Shown: positions 53,095 through 64,000 of the stretch, piece after piece
Numbering within the stretch: position 1 is the first letter of the stretch
Layout: every line of letters starts with the position of its first letter
Source of the DNA: Alphaproteobacteria bacterium
GTDB taxonomy: Bacteria > Pseudomonadota > Alphaproteobacteria > Bin95
NCBI GenBank assembly: GCA_965205265.1
Contig: CBDBGH010000003.1
Location: 4,384,001-4,448,000, forward strand
Length of the DNA stretch: 64,000 nucleotides
Direction: 5' to 3'
The notes under the pieces: generated by a model
What the model saw: only the letters and a program-made list of their open reading frames with translations
The model's database searches: none
What the model was told of the DNA's origin: nothing
Translations under genes and position numbers: made by a program

Positions 53095-53475
53095 CTATCG
53101 GAATGTTCGAATGAAGCCGTCTCCAATCTCTACGAACAGTCGCCGCGGCGAGGGGGTCTCCGCCAACGCCCATTCATGTTCGATCAACGACATCGCCGCC
53201 TCCACTCGCCGGGCGGCGATCGTCTCGCGGCAGGACAGCTTTATCAGGCTGAGCCGTCTGTAACGCCTTTGGCCGACGCCGCGCCGCTGGGCCAGTTTGC
53301 GCATATCGCCGTCCAAGGCGACCAGAATAGCTTCGTTTTCCATCGAAATCGTCGCAACGAGAGGGTCCGGCGAGCCGGGTTCCGCAGCATCGGGAAAATA
53401 GATGACCTCATGTCCTCTGTCCTCGAAACAGAGCCCAACGGATTTCGGTACCCCTTCGTCCAGAAATAATTTCAA
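53095..53475 (-). CDS. DUF5615/PIN-like toxin
   Basis: MKLFLDEGVP, SPD and ALDGD acidic PIN pattern; downstream of a DUF433 gene. Confidence 0.75.
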   Translation of the reverse strand: MKLFLDEGVPKSVGLCFEDRGHEVIYFPDAAEPGSPDPLVATISMENEAILVALDGDMRKLAQRRGVGQRRYRRLSLIKLSCRETIAARRVEAAMSLIEHEWALAETPSPRRLFVEIGDGFIRTFR

Positions 53476-53492
53476 GCCTTAATCTCGCGCAT

Positions 53493-54164
53493 TCAGGCGG
53501 CAATGCCGTCGCCTTCATGCCGGAGTGCGGATTCGATATCGGCTTCGGTAAGGGCTGGATACTCCTCTTGTATCTGCTGTACTGTATATCCCTCTTTGGC
53601 AAATTCCTTTATGGAGTCTACTCGAATCCTCGTGCCGGCTATGACCCAAGCGTTGTGGCAGACGCTTCGAGACCTTATCACAACCCCTGAAGCATCGTTG
53701 CTGCGTTCCCTCATGGTCTCGATGTCCCGCTTTGTATCGGAAACGATGACTCGAAGAGGGATTCCGATCACATACTGCTTGCTGACGATTTCGCGATATT
53801 GCGTCGTATCCGGTTCGACAAATACGACACGACGATTCAGCACAAAGAGTTCCGTCGCCCCCCATTTTTCTTCCGACATCTGAGGAAGCTCTTTGGCGGC
53901 TTTGCGAAGATGCTGCAAGGAAACCCCATATTGATTGCGGAGGACATTGAGCACGCGCAGGGAAACGACATCCGTAAAGGAATAGATTCTGCTGAATGCA
54001 ATCCTCCTGTTCTCTTCCGCAAGCGAAGGGGCGAAGAAACCCGTCCGGTCCCAGTATCGAAGCTGTCGCTTCGAAATCCCGGTAAGCCGTTGCACCTGGT
54101 CTTCGCTAAAGGCCGAAACGATCACTGGAACCGCCGCACATGGATACCTCCGCTGCGGAATCAT
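53493..54164 (-). CDS. MerR-HTH + DUF433 antitoxin (start uncertain)
   Basis: LTGISKRQLRYWD...RIYSF HTH; C-terminal IAGTRI...YPALTEADIESAL. Confidence 0.8.
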   Translation of the reverse strand: MIPQRRYPCAAVPVIVSAFSEDQVQRLTGISKRQLRYWDRTGFFAPSLAEENRRIAFSRIYSFTDVVSLRVLNVLRNQYGVSLQHLRKAAKELPQMSEEKWGATELFVLNRRVVFVEPDTTQYREIVSKQYVIGIPLRVIVSDTKRDIETMRERSNDASGVVIRSRSVCHNAWVIAGTRIRVDSIKEFAKEGYTVQQIQEEYPALTEADIESALRHEGDGIAA

Positions 54165-54215
54165 ATGTCAGCGAAATCCCGAAAGTCAAAACGAGCCGAA
54201 GGCCTCTGCCCCGAC

Positions 54216-57841
<3,626 letters not shown>

Positions 57842-57844
57842 GGA

Positions 57845-58966
57845 TCACACGCGCATCGGCATCAGCACATAGAGCGCGCTCGAATCCACCATGTCGCGCA
57901 CCACTGTAGGCGCTGCCGGGTCGGCGAGCTCGAGCGCCGCCGTGCCGCCTTCGATGCGGCGCAGAATTTCGAGCAGGTAGCGGGCGTTGAAGCCGATCTC
58001 CATCGGCGCCCCGTCGAACCGCACGTCGATTTCCTCCGTCGCCGTGCCGTAGGTCGGGTCGGCGGCGGAAAGCTGGACGCTGCCCGTGTCGATGGCGAGC
58101 TTGACCGCCCGGGTGCGCTCGGAGGAGATCGCCGACACGCGGTCCACCGCCTCGGCCAGCGTACCGCTTTCGACTTCGAGCCGCTTGTCGTTGCCGGCCG
58201 GGATCACGCGCTCATAGTCGGGGTAAGTGCCGTCGATGAGCTTGGAGGTGAGCTCGACGCTGCCGATGACGAACCGGATTCCGGTTTCGGACAGCGCAAT
58301 CGAGACATCCCCGTCTTCGCCCTCCAGCAGCTTGCGGAGCTCCTGCACCGCCTTGCGCGGCACGATCACGCCGCCCGGCATGTCCTCCGCGCCCGCCGGC
58401 CTCGGCACCTCGACCCGCGCCAGCCGGTGACCGTCGGTCGCGACCGCGCGCAGTACCGGCACGCCCTCATGCTCCGTGGTGTGCAGGTAGATGCCGTTCA
58501 GGTAGTAGCGCGTTTCCTCGGTGGAGGCGGCGAAGCCGGTCCGGTCGATCAGGCCGCGCAGGTCCTCGGCGGCAAGCTGGAAACGGCAGGCGAACTCGGC
58601 CTTGGACAGCTCCGGGAACTCTTCCGGCGGCAGAGCGGAAAGCGTGAAGGTGGACCGCCCGCAGCGCAGCCTTATGCGGTCCGAGCCGTCCTCGGTCTCC
58701 AGCTCCACCTGCGCGCCGTCGGGCAGCTTGCGGGCGATGTCGTAGAGCACCTGCGCCGGCAGCGTGGTGCCGCCGCCCGAGACCGCGTCGGCGTCCACAG
58801 TCTCCACGGCGCCCAGCTCCAGGTCGGTCGCCGAGAGGCGCAGCCGCCCGTCCGCCGCTTCGAGCATGACATTGCCCAGAATCGGGATGGTGTTGGCCCG
58901 TTCGACCACGCTCTGCGCATGGCTGAGCGATTTCAGGAACTGGCTGCGTTCGATGGTGAGCTTCAT
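57845..58966 (-). CDS. dnaN: DNA polymerase III beta clamp
   Basis: ATDLE, RYYLNG, ATDGHRL, YPDY, GFNARY and LMPMR motifs. Confidence 0.98.
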   Translation of the reverse strand: MKLTIERSQFLKSLSHAQSVVERANTIPILGNVMLEAADGRLRLSATDLELGAVETVDADAVSGGGTTLPAQVLYDIARKLPDGAQVELETEDGSDRIRLRCGRSTFTLSALPPEEFPELSKAEFACRFQLAAEDLRGLIDRTGFAASTEETRYYLNGIYLHTTEHEGVPVLRAVATDGHRLARVEVPRPAGAEDMPGGVIVPRKAVQELRKLLEGEDGDVSIALSETGIRFVIGSVELTSKLIDGTYPDYERVIPAGNDKRLEVESGTLAEAVDRVSAISSERTRAVKLAIDTGSVQLSAADPTYGTATEEIDVRFDGAPMEIGFNARYLLEILRRIEGGTAALELADPAAPTVVRDMVDSSALYVLMPMRV

Positions 58967-59051
58967 CGTCGCTCCCGGAGCGGCTATGGTGTCCAGTGGC
59001 GGGCTTTTGTTAGCCTTCCACTATAACAGCCCCGATTCGGGAGGGGAATCC

Positions 59052-59813
59052 ATGTTGAGCACCACCGAGTTGGAAAAATACCACACGGACGGCTATGTGA
59101 CGCCCGGTTTCCGGCTGCCCGAACGGGACCTTGAGGATATCCGCGCCCATCACGGCCGGCTGGTCGAACGCCACCCCGAATACCGCGACTACTGCCCGAA
59201 CCTGCTGGCCCACGACCTGGCCTTCCTGAACTGGGCGCGGGTGCCGGAAATCCTCGACATGGTGGAGCAGGTGCTGGGCCCGGACATCGCGCTCTGGAAC
59301 TCCAGCTTCTTCGCCAAGCCGGCGCTGAACGGGCGCAAGACGCCCTGGCACCAGGACGGCGAATACTGGCCGGTGCGCCCGCTCGCCACCTGCACGGTGT
59401 GGATCGCCGTCGATGCCTCGACGCAGGAGAATGGCTGCCTGAACGTGCTGCGCGGCTCGCACCGGGACAGGCGGCTGCGGGCGCATGACATCAATGACGA
59501 CCCGGCCTACACGCTGAACCAGGAGCTGCGCGAGGAGGAGTTCGACGAAGACCTCGCCGTGCCCATCGAGCTGGAGGCGGGGCAGGTTTCGTTGCACGAC
59601 GTCTATCTGGTCCACGGCTCCGAGGCCAACAACTCCCCGAAGCCGCGCCGCGGCATGACGCTCCGCTACATGCCGACCACCTCCGTGTTCGACCGCGGGA
59701 TCGCCGCCGCCCTCGCCCGCGACAAGGGCCTCGTCAACCACGCGGACCGCACGCTCTTCCTCATGCGCGGCGAAGACCGCTCCGGCCAAAACGACTTCCG
59801 CATCCGCCTTTGA
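59052..59813 (+). CDS. PhyH-family Fe(II)/2OG dioxygenase
   Basis: FFAKP, WHQD, ENGCL and VHGS motifs. Confidence 0.9.
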   Translation: MLSTTELEKYHTDGYVTPGFRLPERDLEDIRAHHGRLVERHPEYRDYCPNLLAHDLAFLNWARVPEILDMVEQVLGPDIALWNSSFFAKPALNGRKTPWHQDGEYWPVRPLATCTVWIAVDASTQENGCLNVLRGSHRDRRLRAHDINDDPAYTLNQELREEEFDEDLAVPIELEAGQVSLHDVYLVHGSEANNSPKPRRGMTLRYMPTTSVFDRGIAAALARDKGLVNHADRTLFLMRGEDRSGQNDFRIRL

Positions 59814-59844
59814 GGCGGCCGGGCGCTCGGAGGACCAGGCGGCT

Positions 59845-61044
59845 GTGACGAGCGAAGGACCGGACCTCGAAGGGCTGCGCTTCTTCAGCGAGCCTTCGGA
59901 CCGCGAGCGCGCGGCGTTCTTCGTGGGCCGCGCCGGCGAAATCGAGGACATCGAACGCGCCCTGGCGCGGGCGCTGCGCCACGCAAAGGCCGGGCAGCGC
60001 TCCGCAGGCGCCACCCGCCTGATCCAGGGCGCGCCGGGAGCCGGAAAATCCGCCCTGCTTGCCTATCTGGAGGAGACATGGACGCAGGCCGGCAGGCAGG
60101 CGCCGCACGTCCTCCTCGTTCATCTGGGGGAGCTTGCAGACCCGGACCGCATGGCACAGGCCGTTGCGGCGCGTCTCGACCCGCGCCGGGCGGAACGGTT
60201 CCGGCGCACGGAGACCCGCAGCGGCAACATAGGCATCAGCGGCATCGGCGGGGCCTGGGCCGCCGAAACCGCGCCGCCGGCCGGGTTCGGCGCGCTGCGC
60301 GATATGTTTCCGCCGGAGCGCTGGGAACGCCCGCTCTGCCTGCTGGTCGATGAGGTGCAGAATCTGGAGCCCGATCAGGCGGGGATCGTCCGGCGCCTGC
60401 ATGAGGCGGTGGACGGCCTGCCGGTCGTGCCGGTGCTGGCGGGGCTCGCCAACGCGCAGCATGTACTGGCGAAGCGCGGTATTTCCCGGCTGTCCGTCGG
60501 GGCCGTCCACATGCTGGGGCGGCTGGAGCCGGGCCAGCCGGCGGCCTCCGTGAGAATGATGCTGGAGCGCTTCCGGGTCGAGGCGGCCGAAGCGGAGGCG
60601 GCGCGTTGGGCGGCCCTTCTGGAAGAGCAGTCGGACCGCTGGCCGCAGCATCTCGGCAACGGGATGCGCGCGCTGGCGGAAGGCCTGCTGGCGTCCGGAG
60701 GCGCGCTCGCTCCCGTTGACGAAACGGCGGTTCTGGACGGGGCGGAGGAACGGCGGCTGGACTCCTACCGGGCGCGGCGCAGCCCGGAGATGCTCGGCTC
60801 CGGCCTTCTTTTGGCAGCCGTGATGGAAGCGATTCCCGAGGACGGGCTCGGCTATGTTGAGACACTTCGCATCATTGAGGAGAACGCCGGCGCCGTGAGC
60901 GGCCGGCGGCTGCCGCCCGGCATGGAGCCGGAGGAATATCTGGACCATCTGGTCCACCGGGGCGCGCTTCAGGACGACGGAACCGGACGCCTCGCCTGCC
61001 CGATTCCGAGTTTCCGCCGATTCCTGGCCGAGGCCGGGAGCTGA
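59845..61044 (+). CDS. Orphan P-loop ATPase (AAA_16-like)
   Basis: FVGR..E, Walker A GAPGAGKS and Walker B LLVDEVQ; possible C-terminal winged helix. Confidence 0.75.
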   Translation: MTSEGPDLEGLRFFSEPSDRERAAFFVGRAGEIEDIERALARALRHAKAGQRSAGATRLIQGAPGAGKSALLAYLEETWTQAGRQAPHVLLVHLGELADPDRMAQAVAARLDPRRAERFRRTETRSGNIGISGIGGAWAAETAPPAGFGALRDMFPPERWERPLCLLVDEVQNLEPDQAGIVRRLHEAVDGLPVVPVLAGLANAQHVLAKRGISRLSVGAVHMLGRLEPGQPAASVRMMLERFRVEAAEAEAARWAALLEEQSDRWPQHLGNGMRALAEGLLASGGALAPVDETAVLDGAEERRLDSYRARRSPEMLGSGLLLAAVMEAIPEDGLGYVETLRIIEENAGAVSGRRLPPGMEPEEYLDHLVHRGALQDDGTGRLACPIPSFRRFLAEAGS

Positions 61045-61059
61045 GCCGGCCGGACCCGT

Positions 61060-61509
61060 TCAGGTTGCAGAACCGGCAGGTCTTCCGGTCGGGCAGCAAG
61101 CGGCTTCCGCCTCCGCCGCCCTCGGCCCGAGCGCGTCGAAGAGGGCGTCGGTGTCGTCGGTGATCCGGTACCATTCCCAGCGCAGGCCCTGCGGCTCCTT
61201 CGCCCAGACCTTGTTCTGCGTGGCGTGGCAGCAGCGCGTTTCCTGCTCGATCAGGTGATCGATGCCGGCGGCCTGTATCCGGTCCGTGGCAGCAGCGACA
61301 TCCTCCTCCCGGAAGACCTCGACGCCCAGATGGTTGATGCGCTCGCCCGCGCCCGGGCGCTCGAACAGCACGAGCTTGAGCGGCGGGTTGTCGATGGCGA
61401 AATTGGCGTAGCCCGGCTTGCGCTTGTGGACCGGGGCCGCGAACATCTTCGAATAGAAGTCGATGGCCTCTTCGAGATCGTCCACATTGAGGGCGAGTTG
61501 CAGGCGCAT
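61060..61509 (-). CDS. ArsI/CadI family VOC metalloenzyme
   Basis: MRLQLALNV, GYANF, NHLGVEV, CCHA.QNKVW and WEWY motifs. Confidence 0.88.
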   Translation of the reverse strand: MRLQLALNVDDLEEAIDFYSKMFAAPVHKRKPGYANFAIDNPPLKLVLFERPGAGERINHLGVEVFREEDVAAATDRIQAAGIDHLIEQETRCCHATQNKVWAKEPQGLRWEWYRITDDTDALFDALGPRAAEAEAACCPTGRPAGSAT

Positions 61510-61520
61510 GGCAGCCTCCT

Positions 61521-61829
61521 TCAGGGCCGGGCGGGAGCCCGGCAGGCCCCCTGGCAGCAATTGTCGGTAAGGAACCGCAGCAACGCCTCCATGTGCGGAA
61601 AGTCGGCGGCATAGACGAGTTCGCGCCCCTGGCGCGCGCGCCGCACCATGCCGGCTTCCTTCAGCGCCTTCAGATGGAAGGAGAGGGTTGCCGCCGGAAT
61701 GTCGAGAGCGCCCGCAATCGCGCCGGCGGGCAAGCCCTCGGGACCCCGCTCGACCAGCAGCCGGAACACGTCGAGGCGCGTCTCCTGCGCCAGCGCGCCC
61801 AGGGCGGTAATTGCGGCGTTCTTTTCCAT
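61521..61829 (-). CDS. arsR: ArsR family repressor with C-terminal CC
   Basis: ALAQETRLDVFRLL, TLSFHLK and LTDNCC motifs. Confidence 0.9.
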   Translation of the reverse strand: MEKNAAITALGALAQETRLDVFRLLVERGPEGLPAGAIAGALDIPAATLSFHLKALKEAGMVRRARQGRELVYAADFPHMEALLRFLTDNCCQGACRAPARP

Positions 61830-61831
61830 AT

Positions 61832-61847
61832 TTCCAATATAGTGGAA
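61832..61847. promoter_or_regulatory. Putative ArsR operator
   Basis: TTCCA-ATATAG-TGGAA inverted repeat abutting the arsR ATG. Confidence 0.5.
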
Positions 61848-61859
61848 TTGACGTGCCTG

Positions 61860-62762
61860 TCAAGCGGCGTGGGACGAAGAGTCTCCGGGGACGGAAGCGG
61901 GGCGCCCCGTCTCATGCAAAGCGGGATCGGCGAAGGCAAGGCGGCGGGCCATGACGCGGACGGCTTCCGGGTTGCTGTCCACCAGCACGGCGCACCGGCC
62001 GTTGCGGACCGCCGCTTCGCCGGTCGTGCCGCTGCCGGCGAAGAAGTCGAGCACCCGATCGCCCGGATTGGAATGCACGCGGACGATGCGGTTGAGGATC
62101 GCGACGGGCTTCTGCGTCGGGTAGCCGGTCTTCTCCTTGCCGTTCGGACTCACGATGGTCTGCCACCAGACATCCGTCGGCGTCTTGCCGCGCGCCGCCT
62201 TTACAGGCCCGACAAGGCCCGGCGCCATATAGGGAATGCGGTCGATGTCGTCATAGCGGTAGGTGTAGTTGTCCGGGTCCTTCGCATACCAGAGGATGTT
62301 GTCGTGCTTGGCGGACCAGCGCCGCTTCGACCGCGCGCCGTAATCGTAGGCCCAGACGATCTCGTTGATGAAGGATTCGCGTTCGAATATGCCGTCCAGC
62401 AGCACCTTGCAGTAATGCGACTCGCGATAGTCGATATGGAGGAAGAAGGAGCCGTGGGGCGCAAGCAGCCTGTAAGCCTCCCGGAGCCGGGGCTCGATGA
62501 AGGCCATGTAGTCGTCGAAGACGTCGTCCCAGGAGGAGGCGCCAAGCCGGACCGTGCGGTAGCGCCGGCCCTGGAAACCCGTCCGGTCGCCCTCGTCGTC
62601 GCGGATGGTGCGGAGCCGCGTGCGCGCTTGCGCCTTGCCGGTGTTGAAGGGCGGGTCGATGTAGATGAGGTCGAAGCTGCCGTCCCCGAAGCGGGAGAGC
62701 ACCTCCAGATTGTCGCCCAGATGGATTTCGAGCTTCGCCGATGCGCTCTCCGGGGCCGTCAT
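61860..62762 (-). CDS. Orphan beta-class N6A/N4C DNA methyltransferase
   Basis: YIDPPF precedes YPTQKP and DFFAGSGT. Confidence 0.9.
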   Translation of the reverse strand: MTAPESASAKLEIHLGDNLEVLSRFGDGSFDLIYIDPPFNTGKAQARTRLRTIRDDEGDRTGFQGRRYRTVRLGASSWDDVFDDYMAFIEPRLREAYRLLAPHGSFFLHIDYRESHYCKVLLDGIFERESFINEIVWAYDYGARSKRRWSAKHDNILWYAKDPDNYTYRYDDIDRIPYMAPGLVGPVKAARGKTPTDVWWQTIVSPNGKEKTGYPTQKPVAILNRIVRVHSNPGDRVLDFFAGSGTTGEAAVRNGRCAVLVDSNPEAVRVMARRLAFADPALHETGRPASVPGDSSSHAA

Positions 62763-64000
62763 GCCGCGCGGGCCAGCCGGCCGGGCAGCGCGCCGGTGGC
62801 CTCGCCCTCCTCGAATGTGACCTCGCCCGCGCAGACCGTCGCCCGGTAGCCCTCCGCCCGCTGCACAAGGCGGCGGCCGCCGGCGGGCAGGTCGTGGACC
62901 ATCTCCGGCGGGCGGAGCCTGAGGCGTTCGAAATCGATGATGTTGATGTCGGCGCGCAGCCCCGGCTCCAGCCGGCCGCGGTCGGAGAAGCCGTAAAGGG
63001 CGGCCGTCTCCGCCGTCTGCGCCTTCACCAGCCGGGGCAGCGGGAAGCCCGGCCCCCGGCTGCGGTCGCGGCCCCAATGGGTCAGCACATAGGTCGGGAT
63101 GCTGGCGTCGGAGATCAGCCCGCAATGCGCGCCGCCGTCGCCGAGGCCGAGCACGGTGTGCGGATGGTCCATCATCCGGCGGATATCGCCGTGGTCGAGC
63201 CGGCTGTAGTTCACGAAGGGGAAGAAGATGAGCTCCCGCCCCTCGCGCTCCAGCATCCGGTCCAGCACCAGCTCGCGCGGGTCGCAGCCCTTGCGCTCCG
63301 CCTCGGCGAGCACCGAGCTTTCCGGCGCGGGCTCGTAGTCGGGCGGGTCGCCCAGGGTGAACATCTTGTGGAAGCCGCCGGTCACGTCCTGCATCAGCCG
63401 GCTGCGGTGGTTGCGGCGCTCGCCGAGCAGACGCGCGCGGAACTCCGGCCGGCGGAGGATCGCCACCCGCTCTGCGAGCGGCAGGTGGGCAATTTCCCGG
63501 TAGGCGGGCATGGTCGAGAACGGATGCAGCGAGGCGGAGAGGCCGAGCATCAGCCCGACCGGCCGCGCCGCCACCTGGGCATGCAGCGCCACGCCGTCGG
63601 CCGCGGCCTCCTCCAGCCAGCCGAGCACGCTCTCCCACTGGTCGGGCCGCTCGTCGCGCTGGACGACGGTCAGCCAGCTGCGCCCGTTCGCGCGCTCCGC
63701 CATGCGGCGCAGGAGGTCGAGTTCGTACGCCTCCTCGTCGAGGTCCGAAATCCAGCCGATGGTGCGCCCGCCGACCTTACCCACAGCGTCGGCCAGCCCC
63801 AGCAATTCGCGTTCCTCGGCGAAGGCGCCGGGCACGCGCTCGCCGTCGGCCGTCAGGTGCGCGGTGGTGCGCGTGGTCGTGAAGCCGCGCGCGCCCGCCT
63901 CCAGCGCCTCCCGGACGATGTCGGCCATGACGCCGACATCCTCCTCGGTCGCCGGCTCGTTGGCGATGCCACGCGCGCCCATCGCATAGGCCCGGACGGC
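62759..64000 (-). CDS. N-acyl-D-amino acid deacylase family amidohydrolase, 5' truncated by the window
   Basis: GLGDGGAH, DRGRLEPGLRADIN, DLPAGGRRL and TGALPG motifs. Confidence 0.85.
   Translation of the reverse strand, partial: AVRAYAMGARGIANEPATEEDVGVMADIVREALEAGARGFTTTRTTAHLTADGERVPGAFAEERELLGLADAVGKVGGRTIGWISDLDEEAYELDLLRRMAERANGRSWLTVVQRDERPDQWESVLGWLEEAAADGVALHAQVAARPVGLMLGLSASLHPFSTMPAYREIAHLPLAERVAILRRPEFRARLLGERRNHRSRLMQDVTGGFHKMFTLGDPPDYEPAPESSVLAEAERKGCDPRELVLDRMLEREGRELIFFPFVNYSRLDHGDIRRMMDHPHTVLGLGDGGAHCGLISDASIPTYVLTHWGRDRSRGPGFPLPRLVKAQTAETAALYGFSDRGRLEPGLRADINIIDFERLRLRPPEMVHDLPAGGRRLVQRAEGYRATVCAGEVTFEEGEATGALPGRLARAA

Overview
High-GC bacterial chromosomal window, probably alphaproteobacterial (inferred from gene content and repeat types). 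It is dominated by catabolic and redox enzymes. These include a glutamine-synthetase-like gene with a three-component Rieske oxygenase, fhs, znuABC/zur with a Zur box, amidohydrolases, two PhyH dioxygenases, an N-terminally damaged acetylene-hydratase-like molybdopterin enzyme, choline sulfatase and a catabolic (NpRdhA-type) B12 reductive dehalogenase. It also holds four toxin-antitoxin modules, dnaN-recF-gyrB without dnaA, arsR with arsI/cadI, and an orphan DNA methyltransferase. Two structures are missed by the ORF track. (1) A GrdB/PrdB-like selenoprotein (in-frame UGA in a U-P-V-C motif, SECIS-like hairpin 10 nt downstream) is translationally coupled to a glutaredoxin and a crotonase. (2) A vapC toxin gene is split at one CTAG by a 7.3-kb stack of four abutting IS630 elements, one itself interrupted by an IS21 element. 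Family calls come from motif recognition and recalled reference sequences; no database searches were run.
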